A model generated the notes under the pieces. It was not told the DNA's origin. It worked only from the letters and a program-made list of their open reading frames with translations, and searched no databases. Shown piece by piece: positions 42,601 through 57,116 of a stretch of DNA of 64,000 nucleotides. Numbering within the stretch: the first letter of the stretch is position 1; each line of letters opens with the position of its first letter. The stretch is from Daphnia carinata (lineage: Eukaryota), in assembly GCF_022539665.2 (NCBI RefSeq), contig NC_081331.1, positions 10,230,001-10,294,000 on the forward strand, read 5' to 3'. The position numbers and the translations under genes were made by a program.

Positions 42601-45600
42601 GGCAGTCGGCAATGGGAAACAAATGATTCGACGCTGATTGGCTTTTTTCTTCGAAGAAAATAATAATAAAAAAAAAGGTTGGTTCCGATTTTCAAGAAAA
42701 TGAGAAACTCATCAAACGATTTGTTTTTTGTTTTTTTTTGTTTCTTTGGTCAAGAAATTATGCACTAGTTTCCATCAAGGAATTTTTAAATAACATTTAA
42801 AGGAATGAATGGGTTACTGCGTGAATCAAACGCTCATTTGCAATTTATTCGATCGTCATTTCTTTTTTCCTGAAAGGAAAGGACATTTTTCTTTAAAAAA
42901 AAAAAAAAAAAATAGCAAACATAGTTTTGAAAATGCAATCGTTAACCGACGGCCATATAATAAAAAGAGGAACAAGCTCTTTAGTACCCCGGCCCAACAT
43001 AAAAATGTACGTGCATAGACGAGCTTTTTTTTTTTTTTTTGTCTAGCAGTAAGAGTAGGGGGGGGGGGAGAGAGGTAAAAAGTTATATATAAATAAACGA
43101 GGATATACCTGCGAGCTCGACGCAACAGCACTTTGATATTTAAACCAAAGCTCTCGTTAATGTATAACACGGAGAAGAGAAATGGCGGTTTGCCTACTAT
43201 GGTTGCCCGTCTTTTTACCTGTGTCTGTGTGTGCTGTAATGGATGCTGCACTTTCAGAAAGAAAAAAAAAAGAAATTTTGAAGGGGCCCCAGAGGAGAGA
43301 GAGGGAAATATAAATTTCTTATACTTGGACATCATTTTCTCATTTCATTTCGAAATACCACCCTCTGGCATCTACCTCTCAATACTTTATATATATATAT
43401 ATATATTTATATCGAGTTGGTAAAATGGGAGGAGCGTATTAACAAGAGATTCTTCCTGATTCCATTCCTTTTTTTTTTCTTCCTTAAAGGAGAAGGGGAG
43501 GGGGGATGACCTTTGTCTCAGGTTGCCTGTAACACGAGACGTCCAGTTGCTGTCTGATTTGGATGCTGCAACCCAAGTACACCTTTTACTGCCTCAGGTA
43601 TTGTATGATTTTTTTTTTTTTTGTCTTGTTTCCTCTTTTCTTTTTTTACGACCCAAATGTGGGACGCCATCTTTTTTTTTATATTTTTTTCTTTTTCAAA
43701 ATCGAAATGTCGGCAACAGTGTCTGTAAGTATAAAAAAAAAAAAAAAGAGAGAAAGGGGGGGGGGGGGGTGAGGGTTGAAAAATTCATCTGCATATTCAC
43801 GTGATCACGCGAGATGGTTAATGCATTCAACCGCGCGCTAAAATACCAAATACATATATATATTTTTTTCCTCTTTCACCCCCTCTCGTTTTTATAGTTC
43901 TCCTGAAAGAAAGAAAAAAAGGGGGAAAGGAAAAAAAAACGGGGGGAAGGGGGAGAATGAACAAAATATCTTTTTTTAATGCTCATCATCACATTCCGAA
44001 GGAGAAAAAAAAAATGAATACACCATTAAAAAGAAAAAGAAAACATTTAAAAATCTCCCGATTCGTTTAGAATCATTAAATTAAATTTTCGCCCTGCCAA
44101 TTCAAGTCCTGTCCCGCGTTCACTTTCGTGCTACCGTCGTGTTGTTTTCTTTCTTTTTTTTTCTGTTTATTTTCTTATATTCTATCGTCAAATCGTGCAA
44201 CCCTGTGCCGGTTACAAGAAGCTGGAAGGAACAAGGACCATTTGCGCCGAATGGAAGCTCGGACGTTCGTGCTGGAGCAGTTCTATAAAAATAAAAGGAA
44301 GGAGGAGAAGGAGGAGCGCGTTTATGTAACGACCCTGTTATTTACGGGGAGGAGGGATAAGAAGGTACACGCGGGATTGACGTTGATGATGGGCAGAAGA
44401 AGAAGGAGAAGAAAGAAATGGATACAAAATGGTTGATGCTGCTGGTCAGTTTGTTTTCGAGCGTTTATAAAGCGTAGTGTTATGGGTCCGACTATTTTGC
44501 CTGTGGGGTGCAAAACATTTTTGCCGCCAGCGTTTTTCCTTTTTTTTTTTTTTTTTTTTTAAATCTCTAATAACTTCATTTGTTTTTTTGGGAAATTCTT
44601 GATAATTTGTCTGAAATTTAGTTGTGGCAAATTCTTCTTTCCGATGGATTTTTCGTAACATTCCTCGCGTCTAACGTAATGAGTGATGGGCCAAAATAGC
44701 GTGACTTGGGTTCGCCATTCCCCTTACACTCTGTGGAACAAAAACCAGCCAAAATGCCTTGAATTAAAAATCATTTGTCATCCAAATTTGCCCCCCTTTA
44801 AAAAAAAAGAAAAAAAAAGAAAAAAGATTGCGGTCTATTTCATTTTGAGTATTCCGCTGGTCGCGATGAAAGTTTAAAAATGCTTTGATTAGAAACGAGA
44901 TTGATCGATCAACTCATCTCAACATTTTTCACGATCAAGTAAAAAAACGAAATAAAAGAGGAGAAAATCCCCTCATCATCATCAATAAAAATTACAACAA
45001 AAAAAAAAGAGGTGCCACGTAGGCCTCCCCCTCGTCCGCGTTTTTCTATTACCAAGTATCTGCTGATGGCGTAGAAAAGTAAAACGTCAGGCCTCTCATT
45101 TCCGAAGAGTTGAACTCTTTTTTTTTTTTTTTTTTTTGCTCCGATAACGCCCCCCACCCTCAGATTCACCCTCTTTTTTTTATAGATCTATGGTACATTA
45201 GGAAATAAGTCTATCCCCCCCCCCCCCACCCAACCTCATCCTCGATTGATTAAAAGAGGCCGTGATGATGAAGGGATACTCTTCGATGAGTGCGTCTGTG
45301 TGCTTGATGGCTGGAAAGAAGAGATTCCATCATTGAAGAAGAACTCCCATCCGCCATTGGGAGGGAAAAAAAAAGGAAATAATTAAAAAAAAAGGGGGTT
45401 GGGAGAAGTCATTTTCTGCTCAAGTGTGTTTTTCGACGCGCCTTCTGGCACCTTCAGAGATAAGAGGGGTAAAAAAAAAAAAAGAAAAAGAGAGAGACTC
45501 TTCAAATCTATTTCTTAAGGCCTATATGCAAAAATAAAGAGTGCTGGATGAAATCGATAAGTGAAAATCTATTTATTTGTGCACGACGATCGCCTGATTT

Positions 45601-48600
45601 TATTTAGCACGCACGAAAATATCAGACAAGTCAAATGTGTTGAGCAGATAACAATTTGAAAAGACAGCAGATAAATCATTTCAATTTAGGTGCTTTTAAA
45701 TTTAAAGAAAACAGCTAATATAACAATAAGCATATTCAAAACATCGCGGTGTTGACTTATTTTTCTTTTCATTTTATTTTTTTCTGCCCCACTCTTCATT
45801 GTTTCTTATATAAACATCTTCCATTTTTGATTTGGGAAAAAAAAAAATTTGCCTAGTGGATTTCCTTTTGTCTAATGGCTTTGCACCATTTGTGACTTTT
45901 CCCTTCGTGCTGGCAGCACGTGACACACCCCCCCCCCCCAAAGGAGGCACATCAAATGAACGAGTTTTCATTTTTTTTATTTTTATTTTTTCAAATATAT
46001 AAATGTCTTAATAAAATACTGTCATTCTTTTTAGAAATGCCATTCCCCCCCCCCCTCCCTTCCAGTTGGGTATAGCAGAAAAAATATTAAGTCCTTTCAT
46101 CTATTTCACCGATTGCGCTCCAGCAGAGGCCCCTCTCTTTTCCCAGCCACTGGAGCGATATTATTATTTTTTAATGAAGTGCTTTTTGTCATCGGTGATC
46201 AGCTGATGCAGCAGCCCTCCGAAGAAGAAGAAGAAGAAAAAAAAAACGCGCAATATATATAAACAGCCCCCTTTTTTTTCGACCACGGTCTGTTTTTTTT
46301 TTTTTTTTTCTTTCTTCTGTGAATAAATAATAATAAGAGGATTTCATTCTTTTGCTGCTGCTGCCTTTCTCATTAATTCCTCATCGGCCGTGTGTGTTTG
46401 TATTGTATATTGAATACGAAAACGAGTTCCTCTCTACATGATGAAGAAAAGAAAAGCAAAAAAAAATAAAAATAAAAATAAAAATAATAATACATTTCGT
46501 TTCTCTTGTTGTTCTTATTGTGTAATTGAATTTTTTCAGCTTTTTTATCATCAAGCCAGCCATGCGAGGGAGGGTATCAGGTTCGCCAAAAGGTATATAT
46601 ATGCATATAAAAATATTGAGGGAAAAAAATACAAAATATTTCGTTGATGACCCCGGCCGTGTAATGAAATGCACTCTTCCCCTATCTTTTTCTATGATGA
46701 ACCCAACATTTTCTTCGTTTCAAAAAAAAAAAAAAGAAAAAAAGAAAAGAAAATATAACAGGAGAGAAATCAATAGATTTCTAATTTACTTGTGTGTGTG
46801 TGCTATGGGCTAAACATTGGGAAATAGGCAAGACTTGTGTATATACTAGAAATACTGAGACGATATACACAAAAGAAGTTTTAAATAGTTTTTCAATCGT
46901 TTGTGTTTTGATTAGAAAGAGAAAAAAGGGGGGAGGGGGGTTTGACAGTGAGTCAAATCAGTCGAAGCCAATCAAAAAGAGACCACTCCCGGAAAAAAAA
47001 AGTATTTGATTGGGCGAGCAAAAAAAAAAAAAAACCCTTTCTTTTTCTTATTCAAATATTTGGAATCTTCTTTGGGCTTCGGTCCGTGAAACAATTTGAA
47101 CGCCGGAGTGAAAGAGAGAGAGAGTCTAAAAAAGAAAGACACACGAAATAAGAGGAGGCCAGACACCAATAAACTTCTGAAGAGAAAGAGAACAAACGAC
47201 TTCTTTTAGGCTAATGATGCTCTTTCGGATGCATCACTTCTTTCTCTCTCTCTTTTTTTGAAGAAAAAAAAATATATAATAATATGCTCTATATAAACTT
47301 GTGCGTTCAGCACTAGTTAAAGGATTGGAAGAGCATCGGCAGCCGTTGATTGCAAAGGACCTATTTGCCTTGAATCATTTTTTTGTGTTGTCTCTTATGA
47401 TTTCTCTAGTCTTTCCAATTTGTTACATTTATTTTTCTTTTTTCTAGGCTGCGCAATCACGAGCCCACACCGCAACGATCCTTTATTTTATTTATTAAAT
47501 TTTTTTTTTAAACCAGACCTAAAGGGGGAAAAAAAAACGAGATGATGAAAAAGAGTGAAAATCAAAAATGGCGACGTCATTAGAGAAGATCCCACTCCGG
47601 GTAGAAAAATCTTACGCACGAACGTAATAAAAAAGAAATAAGGGAATGATGTAACATAATGAATTTCGATGCAATCTCCGTGAATATTTTTTTTTTTTCC
47701 TTTCCCAAGCATCGAATATGATTTTATTTGCAATTATTTTATCTTAAAAAAGAAAGGAAAAATCGGTTAGAAAAAGAAGAACCATTCGTTTTGGGGGAAA
47801 AAAACATAAATTTCATTGTAATTCTGGGGATTATTAAGGTGAAACTTAAAAAAAAAAGGCGAGGGGTGAATACATGCATACTTATATGCAGAATACGTAG
47901 TACAAGAATACGTTTAACGGAAAAAAAAAAATAGTGTTTGCCTCTTTCGAATTGTGGATAAATGATGAAGCACTCGGTGATGACCAAGTGCATTTTTTTT
48001 CCCCTATTTCGTTTTATTTTTATTTTTTTTTCTGTATCCTCATCTTCTCAATGATTTCGCTTTTTTTTTCTCCCTTCTCTCCCTTCAGAGAAAACCCTCC
48101 CAAGCAATTATTAAATACACAATTCTATTGGGTGTAAAGAAAAATAAACTATATTACGTGGTTGCATACATTCTGTATACCAACCGCATAGAGAGAGAGA
48201 GGGGAAAATTCAAATCCCCCCCTCAAAAAAAAAAAAATGATTTAACAAAATGAGCAATAACGAATTTTCTTTTTTATTTATTTATGTTTTAAAAAGAGAC
48301 AATTTGTCTGCATTCAAATATATCGAAAAGGTTTCCCATTTTTCTCACGGTAGATCAACAGAAATGACAAAGTCATGGGCGGCAGAGGTAGGACTTTAAA
48401 CCTTCTCAAAAAAAAATAACAAGCATCATAATTATTATTGACTCGATTGATAAAGTTTTCCCTAATCTCTTCCGATGCGGATCGAATTTTTTTTTTTTCC
48501 CCCTCTTTAAATGTTTCCAATTTTCAGCCGTGATTAGAAAAATCCTTGTCCCGTTAACTGAGCAATAGGTTGTAATCACGTCTTTGACAAACGATTGCAC

Positions 48601-51600
48601 GTGATTCAGCGCATTTTCCTTCATCGTCCAATCGCATTCTTCTTAAAACGCAAAGAGCGATGAAACAAAAAAAAAACAAGTCCGGACGTGTTTGACTTTC
48701 TTTTGACTATCGACAATGAAAGCAAACAATCGATTTGTTGGCACGATTGTAATAGTCGTCTGAAATTATAGAAAAAAAAAAAAAATAGAAGATCGGAAAT
48801 GTATCAAATCATTCCAGACTCTCCCCCACCCCCACGCACCCCACTCCCTCGTCCACCCCATGTAATGTCTCTTTCTAAAAGAAAACAGTTGACGCTGCCA
48901 AGTTTCCCTCCTCGTCGTTCAACTTTATCTTTTACACTACGGCGCTCATGTCGTCTATTTCCATCATATTGCCCTCCTCCCCTCTGCTCAGACGTTTTCA
49001 ACTTTTTCTTCTCCTACTACTTAAGCATCTCTGGTGTGTAGGTGTAGGGGTAGGAAAATTTTTTTTTTTTTTTTATTTTTCCTTCTTTAAATCGTGACTC
49101 TGTGAAGAAGAAAAGAGAAAGAGAAGAGCATAACAAGAGATATATACACGGCCCTCTCTCTCCTCTCTCTATAGAGGGAGTTCGGGTGGGGAGGGGGTTA
49201 GTCTATATAGGTAATAGCGGTCGTAGTTCTACTAGTACTCCCGCCGCTGCGAACGACTTTTACGCGTTTTGGATCGAGTCCAGGTGCGGCGGAAAACAGT
49301 TGCAAGGGAGAAAAGAAAAAAAAAAAAAAGGGAAAGAGAGCAATGCTTCGCTATTTCAGGATGAATCGCACTGTTAAGCCAAAGAGCTTTTGACGGAATA
49401 TCGGGGGAAAAAAAGAAAAAAAGAAAAGAGCGATGTAGACAAAGTATTACATCCGAAGTGCTTCAAGACGTAGTTTATACATGCCCCTGCCCAAACAGTT
49501 GTGTTGTCTACGGCACGCTCTTTTCTTCTGATATTTATCATCGACAAGGCGAGACTGTAATATTCAATTTTTCTTGTTTTCAAAGAATTTCGTTTTTTTT
49601 TTTTTAAATGCCGTTTTTCTATTATTGTTTTCAAAAAGGTGTAATTTTTTGAACGTTGTATTTCCCGCCCACACGTGGGTTTCGGCTACTGTGCGCATTT
49701 TGTCATGTATAGACTTGTCTACCCCCCTGTAGGCTATTATACCAAAAGAGGGGTATAGATCTATCATCCCACTTCCCATTTCTTTTGATGTTTTTTTTTT
49801 CTTTCCCCCTACGTGATGCAGTACACCATCCAATTATAGACACAGGTACACACACAACACTTCGATTTCTGAAATGCAAAACCCATGCAAATGATGTAAC
49901 GCTAGAGTGGACAGGTAAAGAAAAGAAAAAAACAAGGTGTCGATTCTCCTCTCATCCACACACAAAAAAGTCGAACCTTTTTTTTTTTTTTTCTTTTCTT
50001 TGTACACAAATAATTACGTGTAGATGTATAAAAAGGGGCCTATACATCCCCGAAATCACTCGCGTGAACTTGATGACTCCCCCCTCCTGCTCTCTTGCTA
50101 CTGCCACAATCACATCCATCATATAGAAGAGCAGCAGCAGTTTCTCTGTTCTATAGGCGGAACGTTTTGTTACATGCATCTTAACCGCCGTATATACATA
50201 TGAAAAAAAAAAAAAAAAAAAACGAATGTTTTCTTCCCTCCTCCAGCTGCTTCAGCTGTCAGTTCAGATGTGTCTGTGTGTATTATTATAGAGTAGCTCA
50301 AGCTATACTCTATACATAATCATCTGGGCTTTTTTTTTATTTTTTATGTTTCATCTCTGGCGTCACTCGTCACGTTTCAAACACCCACAGAAATGTGTAT
50401 AATTTCCGGCAACCCATTTTGTATTCGTTTATTTTTAGGGTTTGGATTTCAACAAAAAAAAAGGAACTGACTATTTCACGTATTGTCATTTTTTTTTTTT
50501 TTTTTTTTTTTTGGAATACCGTCCTCTTCCCCCCCTCATATCGTTGTAATGAATTCCATCATTTGCAGAGATAGGGATGAGTAAAATATCTTTACTTTTT
50601 TCGTGGTCATGATATTTCATTTTTTTTTTTATGTTTAAGACCAGCGCGTGTCTGATCCTTTTTTTTCTAAATGACCTTTTTTTTTCTTTTCCAGGTATTT
50701 TTTTTTTTTTCCTTTTAGAAAAAAAATATTTAACCCTCTGAAAATGGGTGGATTGTCTCCCCACCTCTTAACCACTACGTAATAGCATATAGATAATGTA
50801 TTTACATTTAGACGCTGTATACGAGCTTTGGAATTTCATGACCCCCCTCATTTTTTTTTCTGTGTGTCTGTGTGTGCTCAAACCGACCTCAACAAAAACG
50901 AAGGGATAGGGCATAAAAATAGATGATTATAAAACAACTAAGATACACAAAGTTTTCTCTCGTTCTCTCCTTTTATATCTTACAACCCCCCCGTTCCCCG
51001 AGACAAGTAAGAAAGAAGAGATGTTATATATGTGTATACTACGTAAGATATACACACGCACTAATGGCTTTATTATTCAACTATTTTTTTCCTTTTTTTT
51101 TTGTATTCCCCTCCGCTTGGTAACGAAGGCATAAAACAAAAGAAAATGATCCCCTCTCTCTCTCTCTCTCTCTCTCTTTTTTCTTTTTTCTTATTTTCAG
51201 GGAAGGGAGAGAGAAAAAAAACCGGGGGGAAATGGCGGTTTAATTAGAGAATTCAAATGTGAAAAAAAAAAAAGAAAAGAGGGAAATTCTTTGGTTGTGT
51301 GGCGTAATAGTCTACTTGACAAAAATCAAACATCAAGCAAAGAAACAACTTTGAGTGTCTGCTCTCTTTAATAGCGTGAATTTGTTTTATTCCCTCTCCC
51401 TTTCGTTTTTTTTTTTTTTTTTTTTACATAAGAACAATATAGTTAGTAAAGATGGCAATGTGCTGCCATTGACGTCACGGTGCTATAAGCCTTAGACATA
51501 AATTACATCGTCTTATTTCTCGTTCACGTGACACGCGTCCTGTCGCATCGATCAAGGCTCATTAATCAATTTGAATTTCTTTTCCCCCTTTTTCTTGTTT

Positions 51601-51941
51601 ATTGTACCCACCGAGAAGAAATGATACTAGTCTGTCTAATGTTATTAGATCGAACCGAATAAAAATAGATCAGCAAAACGAACCCCCCCCCCCCACCCTC
51701 ACCTAAAATTACAATTTCTGAAATGTCACACGTTCAAAGTCCCCAAAATGAAACGATGGCTGACCTTCGGGACTGTAACACACCAAACGGGCCAATCGGA
51801 ATGCGTCAAATTATATACGTGTGCTGTGTGTGTCGCCTTTAAGGTCATCCTTTCCCAATAAGAGAAGGAGGTCAAACGCAATCTCCAAATGGACGTTGAC
51901 CGCTTGTGCTTGGTCATCCTCTTATACATTCCCCCCACCAC

Positions 51942-51942
<1 letters not shown>

Positions 51943-51991
<49 letters not shown>
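51943..51991. repeat. Poly-C homopolymer of about 49 nt
   Basis: Directly visible; longest C/G run in the window. Confidence 0.9.
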
Positions 51992-53246
51992 ACCACCACT
52001 ACTAGTATATACGCAACATATTTTTCTTTTTTGAAGTCGTTAAACAGTATAGAGTGTGTACGTTGTTATCTTATTTTTTTTTTTTTCAACCTCTTTTTAC
52101 ACGTTTTTGCATATAAAAACACGTCCTGCATCAAAGAGAGAAAACAAGTCGGCCATTAACGGTCATGAGAAAATACAACACACACACTCTATAGACGCGT
52201 GTATATTTAGCATACGTACTCGAAAATTTTGTGTGTTTTTTTTTTTGTTCAAGTTGTTTCGATCAACCAGAGGGCACAAACAACAACGGAGGAAAAAAAA
52301 CAAAACAAAAAAAAAAGTATATTATATAAGCGTTGAATACTGATTAGCTGATGGGAGCCCAGGTATTTCCAGAGGAGAGTTGATTTCCATCTCATCGCCG
52401 CTCGCACAAGATTGGCTATTGGGCAGTAAAAATACACACACACACACACACACACGATCGTTAAAAGCTGGGAATAAGAAACAAACCCAATGGAGAAAAG
52501 CAAAAGGGGGATGTTTTATTTCATTTTTTTTTCCTTCTTTTTATGTTTCATTCCTCGGGAAAAAAAAATGGAGGGTATTTTTCTATATGTAGGCTCTCTT
52601 TTTTATATATTTTTAAACAACTTTTTTTTTCGGGTTTGTTGCTTGCTAGTGTGTACATGGGCTAGACACACTCGGTGCAAAAGGGCGTTGCACCGAGAGT
52701 TCCTTTTTACTTTTCTTATTTTTTTTTTTTTTTTTTTTTTTTTTATTGTGGTTTATTTTTACGACGCATATAGCTCAAGTCAATCGCTGGCATTTAATGC
52801 ACCATTGTTCGAACTTGCTCGGGTCATTTGCATTTTCTCCTCCGTCTTTTTCTTATTCCCTTTTTTTTTTTGTGAAGGGGGAAAGAAAAAATTTTGAAAA
52901 AAAAAAAAGAAAACATTTTTTTTCGTTAAATGTTATATTTATTCTCGGTTGAACTCACTGACTTTTGAGAAACAAAAGGGCCCCCTTTTTTTGCTTGGTA
53001 CCTTCCCTGATTGATTTATTTATACATTTTTATATGCACGAAGCGTATCAAACATTTTTTGTTTTTTTGGTAAGGTTTCAAAACTAAATAAATAAGAATC
53101 GAAGGGGGAAATAATTAGGCGAACGGTGACATCAGCACTGCATAGGACTATATGTTATTTCCCCGAAACTTAGTGTGTATATACAATAATAATTCAAAAC
53201 CATTATTAGTTTCCTCGTCAGGTCGGGTGGCTGCGTGTAATCACGT

Positions 53247-53279
<33 letters not shown>

Positions 53280-56200
53280 ACACACAAACAACAGCCGGCA
53301 AAGTATTTTTAAGGAGCAGCAACACGCGTCGCTCGCAATGATTTATATCCGATGATGACAAACAGCAATTAATACCCGCGGCTATAAGAGAAAAAACGAA
53401 AATTCAAAATGTTTCTTCATTTATTTTTTTGCAATTATTCGCTAAATTAGATTTTTACGTCGTTTGGAATTGAAAAATTGGTGGGAATTTCAAAATACTT
53501 GGTCGAAGGTTTCAATTCGATCACGCACAAGCGCAAGCCCATCAGACATTAAAACATCGAATGTTTTCCTTGTTTCTTATTTCCTCATTTCGTAAGAAAA
53601 CAATGTTTGATGTATATATGACCTCGTGTGTGTTTTGTTTTTGTTTCGGGTTGATAACGGGCACTCGATCCGATTTATTGCGTGCGTGAACATTGCGTAA
53701 GGAGGAAAGCAGTTTTCTCCATCGGCCCTTAAACGCATAAAGCCCATAAAAAAAAAAATGCAACAATGCCAAGTTGGTTCATTGAAGCTGCAGGGCGTTT
53801 CTTTCAGTTTCTTTGGGGTCAACCAGATTTTTAATTGTTTCATTATCTGCCATTTTTATTTTCTTTCTCTTTGGTCTTTTATTTAAATGCGCGTACGCGT
53901 CCAATTTGCCTCAGGGCGTTCTGTAGTCCCTCTTGCGGCAGACATTTTTTGTTTTACGATATTTAATTACACGAAGGAATGTTGAACACGAATCCCCCCC
54001 CTCCTTTTTGTCTCGAGGGGAGTGTTCGGGCATTTTTGTGTTCTTTTCATTCTCATTTTTTTTTTATGTAGTGTAATATCGCAACAATTATAACGTGCTG
54101 TGTTGTCATCGCATTTGATCAACGGCTAAATGAAGTTGAAATTCGATTTCCAATTAGGGCGGTGCCCTTTTTTTTTTTTTCGTATACCCCCAGAAGCTAA
54201 ATTTTTTTTTTTTTTTAATTCACGCATCCAGACGGCGACACCCTTCCCCCCCCCCCCAAAAAAAAAAAAAAAAAAAAAAAAATCTTTCGTAAATCGAGTA
54301 AATTTTGGCTGGAAAGCGGCTGTGAGAATTGGTGTCATCATTACACTTATTCAACATTTTGTTTTCCTTCTACATGAAAAAAAGTGCTAAAACACAAGAT
54401 GATGGAATGAAACAACACACACACACACAAAAATGGGATAGGCTAAATGGAAAGAAAAAAATAAATAAATAAGTTGATTGGGTTATACACGAAAGGAAAC
54501 GGTTGATTAGTGCTGGCCTGTATATATATATATTATATATATATACTGGAGCCGATTGCGCCATACACACACTTTAAAAAAAGAAAGAAGAAGAAGAAAA
54601 CGCTGCGCCCTAACAGACACGATATAATCGTTGAGGATAGAGAAATAGAGATAGGCAACTCGGTTCTCTCTCTCTCTCTCTCTCTCTCTCATTGACAATA
54701 AATAACTCTTTGCCTATATGAGCCGACCTATCTTTATTTTCAACTGAGAAAAACAAAAAAACAAAAAAAAAAACAAATTCCGTTTTTTAGCTCTCGATTG
54801 CATCAATAAACACAACGGCAACAATTGCCGCTATAGCCGGCGCAAAAGAACTGAGCCTTTTTTTCACGGAGGAAAAAGCACCGAGTTCGCGTAAAAAGAA
54901 GCTGCTGATGGATTGCACTCGACATCCTCCTCCGACGATTGGTTGTATATCAAAGTTAATTGAAGCCAACAGTTTCAAATAGTTTTTCTTTCTTTTTTTT
55001 TTTTTTTCTTTTTTTGCTCCGTTCGTTTTTGATGTTTTTTTTTTTCTTTTTACTTTGAATGAAGTGGTGGCAGCACTGGGCAATGACCAGAAATAGATAC
55101 TCCTGGTCACATCACAAGTTTGTCTTATTTAAATGTGAAACAAAACAAAACAGACAAAAAAAAAAAATACAAAAATGAAACAAACAAAAAAAAAAAAAGG
55201 AAGAAGGCTTTTCGTCGCGTCACTCTAATCGACTCCACGTGCACACGGCCGCTCCTTTTGCTTGTTGTTGTTATAGTATTATATATACCCAGTGGTATGG
55301 TTAGCTGTTGCTTCGAAAAAAACGGACATTACTCACATCCCGCACGTCCGGATTTTTTTGTTTTTTGTTTTTTTTCATCAAGGGCTTGGTGTGTACGTAT
55401 ATGTGATGAGCCCTTTTAAAGATATATTCCCTTCAATGACCCTCTCAAAGACTTGATTCATTCCCTTCTATTTCTTCCCCCTCTCATTTTTTATTCAAAC
55501 TTTTTTTTTTTTTCCTTGGGAGACCCGAACTTACATCGATTCAAAATAATCCAGATGGCTCCCTATCGTCTTCTTTTGTTTTTATTTTTATTTTTATTTT
55601 TTTTCAAAAATGTCCCTGTGTGTATAATTCTCTCGCCACCTTCACACACCACCCGACAGCCCCCTGATTATCAAAGAGGGGGTTTTGTGCCGAGCTTGAA
55701 GACCAGGTCTTGTGTGACTATTTGACTCTTCTTATCTCACTCGAAAAATCATTGAAAAAAGAAACAAGTTTTTTTTGTTTTCCTTATACCTCAGAGGTCG
55801 TCCGCACATACTCTTATTTCTTTTCTTTTTTTTTAAACATGGAATAGCATTTCCTCTCTACGTTGTGTATATAGCAAAGACTTAAAACAATTTCTATTTT
55901 TTTTTTTTTTTATCCTGCCCCAACTTGTTTTCTGCCTCCGCCAGAGAAAAATGGGTCTAAAACCATTGGTCTCCCCCCCCCCCTCTTCGCTTGCTTCACC
56001 TGTGAAAGGTTGTTACGCTCTTTTCTACAATCAGGGCCATCAGTTTCAAACTGTCCGTTCCTCTGTCCATCCATCCGTTGTCTTTTCTTTTTCTTTTCTT
56101 TTTTCCGCACTTACAACCCGACTTTGTTTCTTCTTCCCTACAACTCCAAAGTTGAAGCCGGAGGAGGGGGAACAGAAAATGGACACTCGCCGTTTGTGTG

Positions 56201-57084
56201 TGTGTGTGTGTGTGTATGGAAGGGATGTCTTATTTTTTATTTTATTTTTTTGCGCTGCTATATAATGGCTGGGTGCAGACTAGAGTGGCGTCGTATATCG
56301 CACAATGGCATCGGTTTTCGAATTTCGCGCTACACGGAACCCCGGCCCCAATGCCCCCATGTTTTCCTTTTTTCGTGTGTGTGTGTGTGTCCTCGGCTCT
56401 ACCGTCTGTGGCCATTTCCTGTGCGAAAAAAAAACTTGATTTTAACCATTCGTCAAATGGTAATCAATCAGCGAAAGCTTTTCTCTACATTGTACACAAG
56501 TGAACTGAACGTTTTTTGCCCGCGCAACGGCCCTATTAGTTTGAAACTCATCAGTCCGCCTTGTGCGTATGTATGTGCGCATAACCTTCTCTTCTTTTTT
56601 CTTTTTCCTTTTTTTTTTTTTTTTTGTCTCTCTGTGATTCCCTCCGACAGATAAAAGATTATTGTCTCCTTTTTTTTTCTTCCCCTTCTTTTGGGGACGA
56701 AACAAAAAATGAATAAAAACACGCAAAAGTTGGAAGCATCTAACCAGAAAGACATGCTGGCCCTCTCGCTCTCTCTCCTCAATAGATAGTGTGTACACCC
56801 TGGCCACGTATACACAAACACGCAAAGCTCTTTTTTTTTTTTTTTTTGTAAGAAACACAACAAAATCCGAGGGATGAAAGTTAAGGAATTAATGATTGCC
56901 ATAAAAGGTAGAAAGAGAAAAATAGATTTTTGTTTTTGTTTTTGTCCCCCCCCCCCCTCTCTCTCTCTCTGTGTTGTACACGGGACCCATGTTCGATGAA
57001 CCGCACCGGACCCCTCAAAGTTTCTTAAAGCTTATTTTCTTTGTGTATGTGTGTGTGTTATCGGGCCGTAGATATTTATATGCG

Positions 57085-57116
<32 letters not shown>

